A DNA stretch of 64,000 nt from Botryllus schlosseri. Its lineage: Eukaryota. Each line of letters opens with the position of its first letter. Positions within the stretch are counted from its first letter, which is position 1. The position numbers were made by a program, and so were the translations under genes. Under the pieces are notes generated by a model that saw nothing but the letters and a program-made list of their open reading frames with translations, was not told where the DNA came from and made no database searches. Location of the stretch: positions 2,790,001-2,854,000 of the forward strand of contig CM119385.1 in the NCBI GenBank assembly GCA_051294905.1, read 5' to 3'. This document shows positions 35,195 to 48,836 of the stretch, piece after piece.

Positions 35195-36451
35195 TATATA
35201 ATATGAACATGTCTGAATTACCTTATATTTATGCGGTTAAGATTCCAAGATTTGTTTTAGTAATGAGATCCACGAACCTGCTATTTGGATACAGTAAACA
35301 GAAGGAACAGAATATCAGATACCGCATTGCGTTAATGCAAGTGAAGTCTTGACTAATGTCGTAGATCCGCCATGTACACCACGTATAAGAGATGCTCCAC
35401 ATTCCGCATTTCCAATACACAACAATAACAGCATGCTATAGTGAAGCTGCATAGCTGTGTTCCCCATTAGCATTAACCGGTCTTTGTCTCCATGACTCCA
35501 AGCTAACGCTTCACAACCTTTTTAATAGCCGTGGTGTGGCCAATAAAAAACGTTCTGCGACAGTCACTGCTAGAAATGTAAGGTTACCGCTCTGAACTAC
35601 TATTGCTGGGTATTGGTGCGTCGTGGCGCAGTGATGGCCGACGCCGAAGTTTCCATTTCTATCAACTATACGTATAGTTTCATGAGGGAAGGATAACCAA
35701 TAATCAGATATTTGGCAATATTAAATCGCGCACCCAGCGCGAAAATTTTTCGAAAAAATGAAAAAATGGCATAAATTTTTAAACAATACTTTAATTTATG
35801 TTAATTCACGTAAGAATTTCGGGCTCCTTCGAGCTCGCCCCCTCCCCAATTGGGGGATTTGGGGTGCGGAAGTTACGGTCCTGTTTCCAACTACCCAGCC
35901 CTTTTGTTGTCACAGAGCAGCCATTTGCTGGTTTGACTACGCAAGACACACAACCACACCAGTACGCAAGAAAATCGCCTATAACTGCAACAAGGAACGA
36001 ATTGTGAACCGATACCAGTAACGCTCATAATTTCGCGAAAGCGGTATTTACCGTCAAATTAGTCGTGCTGTATGCGTTTGTAACGCCATCATTGGCCATC
36101 CAGAGTCAAAACTGAGGTTTTGTGAACAGCACGCAATATAATTTTCGATACATGCATTCCAGAGCAGTTAACTGGTAGCGGTAATTGCGCATGTGACTCC
36201 GTGAATATGTTGACTGTCCTGTATATAATTTTGAACAAATGCGTCTATTCCCCACCAGAAACCATTCAATTCCCAACCAGTGAAGAATTCCCCACCGTTT
36301 GGGAACCACTGCTATAAACCATGCGTATTTCGTGGTAGAAAGGTCCCTAATATTCAAGGTATTTAGTGATACAAAATCGGCTAAGCGTGAAAATATTGAC
36401 GCGGCTTGAACTACAAGTCAAATCAAGCCGCGTCAATACTACAAGTCAAAT

Positions 36452-36616
36452 TCCTCGCCACCTCATCCGCGTCAGCGGTGTCTTACAAAAAGCCTAGAGG
36501 TGGGCCGTGCTATAAGTCGGCAGTTACGGAAAAATAAGAAGAATATCGGCCTGGTGTAAAATGACCATAGCAGTCGACAAACACCATGAATACCCCAAAA
36601 ACAAACAAACAAACAA
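36452..36616 (+). mobile_element. 5-prime truncated copy of the tRNA-derived SINE
   Basis: Matches the 3-prime half of 27567-27850; (AAAC)n tail; 11-bp TSD ACAAGTCAAAT (36441-36451, 36617-36627). Confidence 0.88.
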
Positions 36617-37559
36617 ACAAGTCAAATGTTACCAGACCTTATGTTACCTCACGAAGTTCTCAATTAGTTTAAATTTTGATGTTTCATTTACTTTATCGAT
36701 GAACAAGCCTTCAACATATTGCATCTTGAAGTTAAAGTATAAACTTGTAAAATGCCTGGCGGACCAGCAGGACAGACTTCGCGGACCGGCGGTTGAGAAC
36801 CACTGTTGTAGAGCAGACACCTAGTGGAAATGTAAACAACAGGCCTGAAAACTGATAAAGTAGTTTCAAAACGCAGATTTAGTCTAGGGATTGCATACTT
36901 ATACCAGTGCGTAACTATATACAGGACAAAGCAAATCCATACGCTTCTCAGTATAGCTATAGAGTCAATTGCTGTTGTTCGTAACACGTTGCAGGGAACA
37001 CTAGGGATAACCTAATTAAGTTAACGAGGTTCCCTTGACGTCAAGACACACTGCCATCTCATGCATATGATTTGTGATGTCACGCCCGACTTGGCCATCA
37101 TCGGTTGTAGGCAATCAGGCATTGGTTGGTAGTCAAATTGTGACCGTTTTGGTGGTACGTGCCATGTGCAGTGGTTCAAGCAGGGAGGATGTGGTTCGAA
37201 ACTCCGTCCTGGCAACTTAATTATATCTCCAATATATAATCCTTGAAACTCCGTCCTGGCAACTTCATTATATCTCCAATATATATAATCCTTGTTGCAA
37301 TCATGGAATTTGAGATGTCGTATTTGGACACACGTTCAGGCTTCAACAGCATCATTGTAACTAATATTTTTTGGAATTCTTCTACATTATGATAATAAAA
37401 ATGCAAAGGGTAATGCGAAATTATGAGGTTTAATAGACTCATGTGTGGATCAAGAACTTTATATCCATGATGTGCACGGCGTCATTGTGCTCAGAGATAA
37501 AAGATGGAAGTTTACCCGAATAATAAAATGCCTGATATAACAACACGTGTAAAACATGA

Positions 37560-40500
37560 ATGTTTCAGTAAATCGAATAGACGTCAATGATTGAAAACAG
37601 GCAGAAACAATCGGATGATGCTCGGATCAGAAAGGGTGAATTTTCTTCAGGTTCGTTCAAGCCGTAAAGTGATCGAAATCACAGGAATATTACAGGAACA
37701 AGCTGTTGCAGGTCATCATCGTTTTCAAAAATCTCCCGAACATCAGCTGGAATATAATAATCAAAAAGTATTAGAAGTAGTTTTAGTTAACAGGAGACAC
37801 ATTTTCTGCTAAATAGACACATTTTCTACTAAATAAAGAAGGAATAAATGAATACATTATTTTAAAAACCAAAGGTTCGAGTTACTAGCTAAAATATCGG
37901 TGTCACATTAAGTAAATATCCGTAAGCTGTAAAAAATGACATACCATTTCTACTAATTGCTTGACTTATTTTCAGTAAATTTTTACTTGACAAATTGAGC
38001 AAGTTCCTTTTCAGTGCAGGCTCGTCAGCGATATTCCAAAGAATCTTGCCATCTCGCGACAACCCGGAGCGTCTGTATAGGCACGGTCTTCGACGTGCAG
38101 ATTCTTCCCCCTTCTTTGCACTTAATGTCGTCAAGCGGTTCCGTATGCTACTCTGTTGAAAAGATATAGACTTGATAATATTTGGATACAAAACATGTTC
38201 TGCTACGCTTACAGTCACCGACTTTCAAGTCATCAATTGGAGAGCGAATCATATTTGCCACAAATAAATGAATAAAACAAATTAGAGTTCCTGCATATGC
38301 ATTGGTTACAATTACACATCAATAAAATAATTTCCATATACCTTAAATGTTTTTTTGTTCGAAGCTTGATAATACGGAAATATATCTTTGATAATTCCGT
38401 ATATGTCCTTGTTCCGCAAGTCCTGGCATTCGACCTTTTTGAAGGCAAGGTAGATGGCCACATCGAATTTTCTTGGGGGCTTGGGAGCCCTGTTGAGAGC
38501 TTCCTGCCACGCCGTTGTTCCAAGTTCGATGTGCAAAATCCCGTTCTCGCCAATGCTGTATGCGATCCTTGGCGTATAATTCCGTCTTCCCTTTCTGTTA
38601 CCGTATTGAATAACTTTATTTTGTTGAAGTCGTATCGATGTTACTTTTCCTTCGAAATTAGTTCAACAAGAAAAATGCAGAACTCAATAATATAAATGAC
38701 TAACAAGCTTATTCGTTCGATGCGTGGAAATCTATTTCTACTGTACCTGTTGTTCGATTGAGGCTGCATTTCACGTCGGATGCAATCCTCGTGAGTTCGT
38801 TCCGTGGCATCGATTCTCCGAAGTATTTCACGTAGAATGGCTTCGGAGTTGGGCCCCTCCTCAAGCTGAAGTATCTTCTGGCCCGTTTTTTATACTTCAT
38901 AAACATTGAATCGCATGCTGCTTGCGGGTGAGACCTGCATGGGAGAAGCAATATTACCCGGAATCAATATCACTAGTTGATGCTCAAATCTCACTTTTGG
39001 TTTGCCGATGTTAACATGAGCAGGTAACTGTTTTCCTCATTGCCTCGAATAATCTGAAAAACAATATACCTTCCTTCAGAAGACAATATTGAATTGTCCT
39101 ATATAATCGACGATAAGAACATATATGATGTGGTAATTATATCTTTGACATCTGTACATACATAGTCTGTTTTAGATTACAAAAGAACATTACCATTATT
39201 AATTTGGAGGCGACTAACATACGATACGGAGATTTATACAATCTATATGAAGGCGGTGTCAAAAGGTATTTATAATCTGCGGCGCTAATGATAACTCTGT
39301 AAGCACCGAAAGTATGAAGTATGACTTTTCTGTCCAAACGTGAAAGCGAAATGTATCTGAGTGGAATCGGCTTCATGCACAAACACCCTCAGTACACGTA
39401 TTACTGAAGCAAATGTTTTACAAAGGAATATTCCCTGTTTCATCGCAGTCACGAGACCAGGGGTTCTTAAACTTGGGGTCCACGGACCCCATAGTGGTTC
39501 GTATACTAGTATTAGCGGGTCCGTGAAAAGGCAGTACGTCATTAAGCAGCTATACAAACAGATTTTCTTTCGGTAACGATGTCGTGAGTAGGACTTTGAT
39601 ATATTGTCAAGTCTTATCTTAGCCATGAAATCACCGAAATACAGTTGACCTTGTTGCAATGACCCTTCTGTCATCGGTTTCTGAAATTTCGGAGGTACGC
39701 AGAACCGACCAGATAACCTGAAGTTCCGCTAGCAAAAAAGTTAAAGAACGCCTGAACAAGACTGACTAGAGGCGTCGACATCACGATTGCTCCGCATGCA
39801 GCATTGAAGGAATAATCTATTTTACCTATTTCTTCTGTGTGAACCATACATATTATTTGTTTCCAAGATCAAACACTTATCATTCGGTGTCCATCCCCAA
39901 TTTTATGGCTTGCGTTTCATTGAACAACTTCATCAAGTTCACACGAGTCCTTTCCACCTCCTGATTCTAATGCAATCTAGTTTTGTAACGGCTCAAATAT
40001 TGAATAACGAAAGGCAGGAAGCCTCGCAATTGTTTCTAACCCAGTTTAGAGATCAGCATGGCGCACTTATCTTTATTTGACTAGTCGCGCAGTTGACTGC
40101 ATATTTCCAAGTGCGACAGGCTATACTTTACACCCACCGAGACTCTTCGAAACAATTGAATCCCGTGATTGACCAAGCTCGATTTGAGCAAAATAAAGGA
40201 TTTCAATACCTAGCGTGTAGCTTATCTAAATAAAAAAGGGTTTTCTTACATGTCGGTACGCTCTTGATTTCGATTCACTACTGTTGGAACCTGATTAGCA
40301 GATTGCTGCCAGACAACAGGTGCTGCTTGCTCGCCGCTGAATTCCGGTCCCGCTCCTTGGTTTCCTGTAGGTAATGACAGAAATAATAGTAAGGTAAATC
40401 GGAGCGGCCAGGAAGATTGGATCGGGTAATGTTGACAGGACTATGAAAAATGTTCAAAGACAATCAATCAACAGGCCGATATATATCGGGACAGTAAATA

Positions 40501-41300
40501 CATTTATATAAATAACAAGGGATGTATTATGATTATACTGGAGTTCATTTCTTACTTATATTTAAATAGTGTTAGCAGGGAAATAGCTAAATTTACTTGT
40601 AGGTGAGTAGAAATTTTCATGATCAATTTTACTTCTACTTGAGCAGCAGTGCTGACTACTTTGACAACCTCCGGTATATAACAAGGGATCGAACACGATT
40701 GTAATTCCACATTCAATATCACTTGTAGCATTAAGCGTGGTGAACGTAGTCAATGCTGGAATGCAAAATTGAAATTAGGAACTTCTAAGATTGATTCTCT
40801 TACCTTGTTCCGAAGAATTGTCTAGTATTGTATAATCGACGTCTCCTATTTTTTCCAACGCTTTGAACAATTTAATCGCATTTTGTGGTACTTCCACAAT
40901 GACTTGGCTGCGACTTTGCATCTGCAATAAGTTGTCATTCCGTTCAACATTGTGTTTGTTCCATTTCGACTGGTGTTTGATCAACGGCTTGCTGTCGATG
41001 AACTGGTGCTGATTGGTTGTCGCTGGTTTTCGGATCCGCTGCTTGGTTTTCTATAGGATATGAAAGAACAATAAGCTGGGCAGATTCGATTGGTCCGGCA
41101 GATTTGATCGGTCAGGATGAACATGGTGTTAAAGACTATCGATATCCCCTTTAACATCTTGTACTGTATTGAATATCACTGTAATGAATTTTACTAGGAA
41201 GTATATATAGATGATGTCATTCAACATTGCGATGAACATCGAGCCTTCATTTCTGAGTTATAACTGAAAATTCAAAACGGGATCGAATATGATTTAGTTT
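37560..41300 (-). pseudogene. Family B main copy: multi-exon gene of unknown function
   Basis: Apparent exons ~40945-41050, ~40590-40750, 40250-40364, 39194-39329, ~38706-39053, 38342-38649 (open, KVTSIRLQQNKVIQYGNRKGRRNYTPRIAYSIGENGILHIELG...), 37945-38152 (open), ~37560-37746. Phases of the last three junctions agree (1-0, 0-1, 1); a few stops. Confidence 0.65.
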
Positions 41301-41379
41301 ATTTTCTGATTATACTTGAAGTTTTAACTTCCCAAGGACATCGCTACTTCCACTTGCATTTGAGTAGAAATTAATGGCA

Positions 41380-44300
41380 TTACTTCTACTCAGCGTATGC
41401 ACAAGAATATTCGCCTAGCACTCGTCGAGCAAAATATCACGAATCCTAGGGAGTTGGCCAAGCGAGCCGACTTGCTATGGCACGCACGTAGCACACACGC
41501 AGAATATGCGATTAACATATCAAAAAAGCGCCCTAAACAAGTTCATACAGATAGCAGCAGTACTCATGCGGACATGTGCTACTATCACAAGACTTTCGGC
41601 GACAACGTACGCAAATGCTCTCCTCCTTGTTCCCCTCAGGGAACACCATGGCCGGTTGCCCTTGATGGCTAGAGCAACCGGTCAACATTCTAGCCTTTTT
41701 TGGTGCACGATCTCGTCTCCCGGAAAAATTTCCTCATCGACACCGGCGCGGAAGTTATAGTGTACTACCGCCTACAAATTATGAACGCCGATTTAACGAG
41801 AAACGCGCTCCGTTGCAAACGGCTAACGGCAGCATAATAAACACATACGGTCACAGAAACGTGACGCTCAACATCCCCGCGGGGACATTCACATGGAAGT
41901 TCGTTCTGGCCGACGTCTCCCGACAACTCATCGGAATCGACTTCCTGCGCCCTCATCATTTGCTGATCGACATGCAGAAGCAGCTTCTTATTAACCCAAA
42001 TCAGCGCATAACCTACCCGGTGAGCAGGTACGCTCAGCCTGCACCACAGCTGAACACGATAGCTTCTCCGTATGACAAGTTCCTTGCCACGCACCCTCAA
42101 CCGTCAGTCCCTAAGTTCTCTTCGTCGACAACGAGACATGGAGTGGAACACCACATAGTGACTTTAGGACAACCAGTGCACGCACGGGCAAGACGTCTTT
42201 CACCAGACAGATTAGCTATTGCCAAAGCGGAGTTCCAACGAATGATAAGTTTGGGAATTGTCCGGAGATCATCCAGTCCTCATCATGACATCATGAGACC
42301 CCTTTATCGTGCGCTGGCCGGCAAGCCACGAAACATAGTCTGGGGACCCCGAGCTAGAAAAAGCTTTCAATGCAGCGAAGGAAGCGTTAGCCAACGCAAC
42401 AATGTTGCACCATCCAGTATGCGCTGCCAAAACCGTCCTCATTGTCGACGCTTCACAAACGGCAGTTGGGGGAGTCCTAGAACAACTGGTCGACAGGGAA
42501 TGGTGTCCCCTTGCCTTTTTCAGTCGGCAGCTTCGCAAACCGGAGACAAAATACAGTGCTTTCGACCGAGAACTTTTGGCACTACATTTGTGCATCAGGC
42601 ATTTCCGATATTTCCTAGAGGGACGCCCTTTTACAGCTTTTACCGACCACAAGCCACTCACCTACGCATTCACAAAACCTTCGGAGCCTTGGTCAGCACG
42701 ACAACAGCGGCACCGTTGCGTGATTTCCGAATATACCACTGATGTCCAACACATCAAAGGAAAAAACAACACAACACGGTCGCGGAAGCACTTTCGAGAC
42801 CAACGATCGCTACTACCGGCCAACAGCCGACGCTTTTGTCCTAAACCTCGAAAACTTAGCTAAAGCCCAAGAAACCGACGAGGTACGGGCTTATCGCACT
42901 GCGGTCACAAACCTACAACTCAGAGACATTCCTATCGGAAACTCGGCAGTCACGCTGCTATGCGATATCTCCTGCGGACAACCTCGTCCTGTGGTTCCCA
43001 AACCTTGGAGAAGGAAAGTTTTCGAAACAATTAACAACGAAAAAACTCGTGAGCTCGAAATTCGTTTGGCACGGTATCCAGAAAGAAGTGGGGTTGTGAG
43101 CCAAGCAATGCCTGGCGTGCCAGCGTTCAAAATACATCAGCATGTCTCTTCGCCGGGTCAAGATTACCCAACACCTTCAGCGCGCTTCAGCCATATAAAC
43201 ATTCATCTGGTGGGCCCTTTGCCTCAATGCCAAGGCAAAACCTACTTACTTACAATAGTCGACCGCTACATGCGTTGGCCGGAAGCGATCCCAATCGAAA
43301 ACTCCACAACTATCACGTGCGCCAAGGCGTTCATATTTCATTGGATTTCTATCTAGGTTTGGTGTTCCTTACCAATCTGTCTTCCGATCGTGGGCCCTAA
43401 TTTACATCGGAATTGTGGTCAGTAATCAACCAACTTTTAGGTATCGAACTTCACCGCACTACTTCTTGGGTTCACCGACACCTGAAAAGCGCGTTAATAG
43501 CTCGTTTGACCGATGCAAACTGGGTGGACCACCTTCCGTGGGTTTTGCTTGGGATCCGGACCGCTCCCAAGGAAGATCTTATAGACCACATCAGCCGAAC
43601 TGGCTCACGGGACTACACTCAACGTACATGGCCAGTTTATCTCCCCGGAAGTCACACAAGAAGCAGGAAGTTTATGCCGACGCTGCGAGAAACGCTTCGC
43701 AAGTTACTGCCTACGTCGATGTCCAGGCACAGCAATACACGAGTAATAATTCCAAATTGTTTGACAGATTGCAGTTACGCGTTCGTGCGGCGAGATACAC
43801 ACCGACCTCCACTGACGAAACCGTACGACGGTCCCTTCAAGATCCGGACCGCTCCCAAGGAAGATCTTAAAGACCACATAAGCCGAACTGGTTCACGGGA
43901 CTATACACTCAACGCACCTGGCCAGTTTATATGTCCCCGGAAGTCACACAAGAAGCAGGAAGTTTATGCCGACGCTGCGAGACACGCTTCGCAAGTTACT
44001 GCCTACGTCGATGTCCAGGCACGGCAATACACGAGTAATAATTACAAATTGTATGACAGATTGCAGTTACGTGTTCGTGCGGCGAGATACACACCGACCT
44101 CCACTGACGAAACCGTACGACGGTCCCTTCAAGGTCCTCGAAAGGACCTCAAAGACATTCAATTCAAGCTTCAAGTTAAGGGAAGGGAAGAGACGATTTC
44201 TATCGACCGTTTAAAACCGGCACACGTGGACCCTCTCCATGCCAGTTCCGGTGGCTCAACCGAAGCCACGAGGAAGACCACGACTGAACTGCCCGCTTCT

Positions 44301-44512
44301 GGGGGGGGGCTATGTGGCGACACCATGCGGCACCACCACTGCGATTATCGAAGCGTACAGTGCTTTCTCTCATGTCGCTTTATATATAAAGCCATTGATT
44401 GTGCTTTTGTTCAGTTCGCTCAAGTGCTGCTTTTGTTGAGTTCGCTCAAGTGCTGCTTACAATAAACTTGTTACCCGCTTAAATCCTCTAAAATCGGGAC
44501 AATTCTTAAACA
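41380..44512 (+). mobile_element. CsRn1-clade Gypsy remnant: 5-prime truncated, RT core deleted, single 3-prime LTR
   Basis: CHCC gag motif CYYHKTFGDNVRKCSPPC; IDTGA protease; DASQTAVGGVL, YSAFDRELLA, TDHKPL RNase H; LVGPLP, VDR..RWPEA integrase; G-run PPT 44301-44309; LTR from TGTGGCG at 44313 (right edge approximate). Confidence 0.88.
43553..44132 (+). repeat. ~288-bp tandem duplication inside the integrase C-terminus
   Basis: GATCCGGACCGCTCCCAAGGAAGATCTT at 43553 and 43841; units end in GGTCCCTTCAA. Confidence 0.92.
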
Positions 44513-45399
44513 TTTGAGCGATTTTCTAAACATATAGTATAAACTATGTCTATCCAGTGTATACCGAAGTGGATCGGATATCTGGTGATCTACAGGATAT
44601 TGATATTATATTTGGAAACGCGCAATCCATAACGAATTGATCTCGGTTACATTGATCAAAATATTACCAAACTACATGACCGTAATTAAGTTTTTTTTAT
44701 ATTGTGAAAAAAAGATAAACACGAAACTATATACACCAACGTTACTTAAACTATAAAATGCAAAGCCCTAATCAGAGCTTACTAGATATCTCGTCACCCA
44801 AGCCTCCCATATTAAAATGGGTAGCCATAATAAATTTGCTCAATGCAGTAACAAGCAATCACGCGAACTTGGAGAAAATGCCTAATTGTATGAATCTATC
44901 CAATGCCTAATTGTATGAATCTAGAGACACAATGCTCTATTTCAGGAGTCTCAAATACGCGGCCGCGTCGGCATTTTCGAAATTTTAATAATCGGTAATA
45001 TTCAACTGTCTGGTATCTTGTTTAGATCTGAGAAAATGAAATTGGACGTGAGCACATTTGCGTTCGAGATGCCAGCTCTAGTTAATGTTGATTTCCGAAA
45101 CATATTCGGGCCACTTCGACCCTACTTCTCCAAATCAGGGCTCTGGTGTGGCAGATAAGACCCAGCCCTCTGCCTTACACCCTAATTTGATTTTGCTATC
45201 GCATGTTCAAGCTTTCCAGAGATCAAATCAACTATGACATCAATCCAACTTTGGTAATACAATGGTTGTCACATTTTATTGATCAAGCTATATTGGCGTG
45301 ACAATTTTTAACATGTTTCGCTTCTTGGCTATTTATACTGCCCAATTACAATGGATGTGACAAAATAATGCACTGGATATTGCGTGATACGCGACGTAA

Positions 45400-45697
45400 A
45401 TGATTCGCTGGTGGACTGGATATGCTTGGTAGGCAGGGGATTTATGTTGTAAATGAGGCTGATGATGGATCAATATTTTGTCGTGTAGAATATATTCTAT
45501 ATTTCAATGAACAGTGGCACATGTGTGGTGAATTGCTGAAGTCGAGATTTGTACGACATTTACACTGCTATGCTTTGGAGGAAACCGGTTCTGTTTACGT
45601 TTTTCAGCCCGGGGAAATATTTTACCAAAGGCCCCATGATGCATACTTTATAGGCTGCATCAACAAATATGTAAGTTTGAAGCCTAAAGATAATTGA
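45400..45697 (+). pseudogene. C-terminal fragment of an animal CACTA/EnSpm (CMC) transposase
   Basis: IFCRVEYIL..QW......F.RHLHCY.LEE...VY.FQP.E......DAY.....KYVSLK resembles the C-terminus of animal EnSpm-type transposases; lies 130 bp upstream of family A copy 2. Confidence 0.6.
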
Positions 45698-47620
45698 GCT
45701 CATACAGTGTAGTATGTTGATTGAAAAATACTGCTTGGCACAAGTTTTGTGCAATTTTCATTATTTTACAGATACACACTACAGCTGGTTAGTAAATTAC
45801 CACTGTGATTGTTGTACAGTTGAATATGAAACTGCTGATTAGTTATGGTGATATTAGAAGAGTGGTCAGAGTTAATCACCAATCTGCGGTTCCTGATGTT
45901 GTGAGAAATGTATTTCGTAATGAAATTGGGGACAATCAATTCAAAATGGAATATTATGACAAGACATTTGATTCGTACGTCGAACTTTACAACATGTCGG
46001 CAATTGTAGATGGACTAACGTTGCGGCTGATTTTGAGCACCAGTGGCGGTAAGTGAAATGTAGGATCAGTAGGCTCATTCACAAGAGAGATGAATATTTA
46101 CCTACTCATATTTTTCTTGCAATAAATTAGATTAGAATTAGATTACTGGCATGTCGCTATAATTTTGTGAAATTACACAACTAAATTATCTACCGTAGTT
46201 TTCCAAGTCTGATCTGATGTGCCTTGGCGAAATCGATTCACCCCTCACCGAGTCTATTTTTATTGGTGCAGAGGGAACCTCTCCAAAAACTAACAACTCT
46301 GTTGTTGAACGTTTGTTTCCTGTATAACGGGTGAGAGGAGGAATATTGAGGATATTGATATTGAGCACAAGAGAATAGCATATTTTGAAACAACTACATT
46401 AATAATAACTGAAATCAATTGAAACATTTCAAAAACTCTACTTGGCATTTCTCCAAAATCTCAAATCAGATAGCATGCAGCATAGTATGACCTCCGGGCG
46501 TGTGTTGGCCTGTATGGAATCGGTGTCCTGTGCTCACACTGTTTTATTTTTCAATATTTTTTTATTAAATTACTTGAACTTGGAAACTCGTCGCTGCTCA
46601 CCTGATATATCAGGCAAAAAGGCCAGCGATTCCCATCAGGTGTGTTGGTGACATCGTCTATAACGCACAGCGTCACGCGAATTTTTCAACGAAGGGGTTC
46701 CCAAACTTTTTATAGTCCTGATCTCAAACTTTTATTGAAGATTATTGAAGATTATTAAAGAAAGTGGTCTGCAACTTCGCCCAAACCTACTCATGGCTTA
46801 TGCGAGAGTCTATTGACTATTCGCGCAGTAATAGCAATTACGCAATTATAAACTCGTCAAAATTTGACCATGAAAAATACCTCTGACCATCTCTGATTAG
46901 AAAATATATTTTTTCTTGTAGATTCCAACCTTATACCCTCCGGAGGATGAGCGTAGCATCGAAGCGCATCAAAATGAAATGAAGACTGAGTGGAAAAGAA
47001 GCCGAAACGCTGATAAAAACACAATCTTGGATAGGATGAAAAGGACCTTTAAAGATCGTCGACATAACGTTAGCAAAGGGACATCGACAAAGAGTCTGTT
47101 GTGTGCGTACCCAGTTCTGGCAGGTGCATATTGGGTAGGTATAACGTATTGGTTTCAGGCACGATTTATAAGCCCTGTGTGCATACATACGAAACGCACA
47201 AGAATGAATTACACTAAACGCTATGATATATATTTTATATATTTTTCGTAAGTGTATAATATTCTCTATGTATTGGTAGAGCATTATACATAGTTATGAC
47301 CAGTACGTCACCGGACTTGCACGTCAATTTAAACTACTAATGAAATTGAAGGCCCCCGCAGCAAAGTTATACTATACTAACCACCCATGGCATGGTATGC
47401 CATGAAGTAAATATTTCCCACTGTTCAGATTTTGGAAGAAATGAAAATGATTTGTCAGAAACAAGACTGTTCCGACGATACTTACTCTGTCGACCTGACG
47501 TCAAAAATTTTTGGGAAGAGTTATAGCTCAGCATCAAGATTCATACTAGCGCTGGATAGTCCTCACGAAGTTGAAGCGTAAGTAATGTTTTTATCCTTTC
47601 ACGGGTTGGCCAACACACGA

Positions 47621-47858
47621 GCAATGAGCATGCGACACAATGAAAAACCACAGATCAGTATGCCACACTTTGGCATGTGGTTTCACAACTCAAAAACTCA
47701 CCCTAACCCCTAACATAATCCTGAAATTAACTCTTGTATATATCTTAACCCCAAACCTATTCCAAACTAGACCCTCATTCTAAACCTTACGCAGTCGTAA
47801 ACCCAAATTTCACCCACATTCTCAAGTGTCGCATGCCCAATTGTCGTACGCTCATTGC
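47621..47858. mobile_element. MITE with telomere-like core, copy 2
   Basis: GCAATGAGCATGCGACACAAT terminus and inverted counterpart; internal CCCTAACCCCTAAC; homologous to 7917-8163. Confidence 0.7.
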
Positions 47859-48372
47859 GTAGGGCTGAGCATAATCGAGTGCGTGATGGATTCAATTCTA
47901 ACCCACTTATCAGGCTTCCAGTCGAATATTCGAGTATCACAATGGTATTTTCCAGCCGTACATATTTAATTGCACTTTGTGGCGATGCTGTGGGTTGATC
48001 ATGACTTCAGAAATATGATATTTCTAGTATTGTGGCTTTTACGACCAATCGTGATTTCACGGTTTCCGCAGTGGAAAATACTATCTGAACTATACGTCTC
48101 TTTGATAAATTTACTAGCAGTTAAAAGGAGCGTATAATTACAATACTCGAAACAATCGTTTTTCACTACTCGACTCGAATCACTACAATTTATGCTGGAT
48201 TCGTATTCGAGTACTCGAATTATTGTGCCCTACGCATGTGTCAACGTACCCCTTTTACTTGATAAACCGCCGAAGTTCGAACTTTCGCTGACTACGTTAT
48301 TTGTTATTTCCGGAGTTATGACACTTCGTTTTCAGGTACTCAAATACTGGACTGGATGGTCTACATCCCAAC

Positions 48373-48832
48373 CATCTTCAAAGAAAAGTATGACAACTTC
48401 CTGATTGTGGACAAGGTATGTTGATCATTGGTATTTCTCAAACTGCAGCTAAACATTTCCACCCATTCCTTACATATTTTGGACATTTAAAATGGCCTCT
48501 GTCAGTATTGTTTTCACAGTTCGTACTTTATTTAATTTGAGACGATATGATATGACCACATGATGTATCTTGTAGAATATTTATATATGCTCGTGTGGAT
48601 CTCATCTTCAAAGAAAAGTATGACAACTTCCTGATTGTGGACAAGGTATGTTGATCATTGGTATTTCTCAAACTGCAGCTAAACATTTCCACCCATTCAT
48701 TACATATTTTGGACATTTAAAATGGCCTCTGTCAGTATTGTTTTCACAGTTCGTACTTTATTTAATTTGAGACGATATGATATGACCACATGATGTATCT
48801 TGTAGAATATTTATATATGCTCGTGTGGATCT
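48373..48832 (+). repeat. 230-bp near-perfect tandem duplication
   Basis: 48373-48602 versus 48603-48832; about one mismatch seen. Confidence 0.95.
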
Positions 48833-48836
48833 ACGC

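Noticed and set aside
37021-37400. Terminal exon of the family B gene
   Set aside because: Frame is ambiguous, it contains a 47-bp duplication, and part resembles a decayed Penelope-type end motif; not supported by a second copy.
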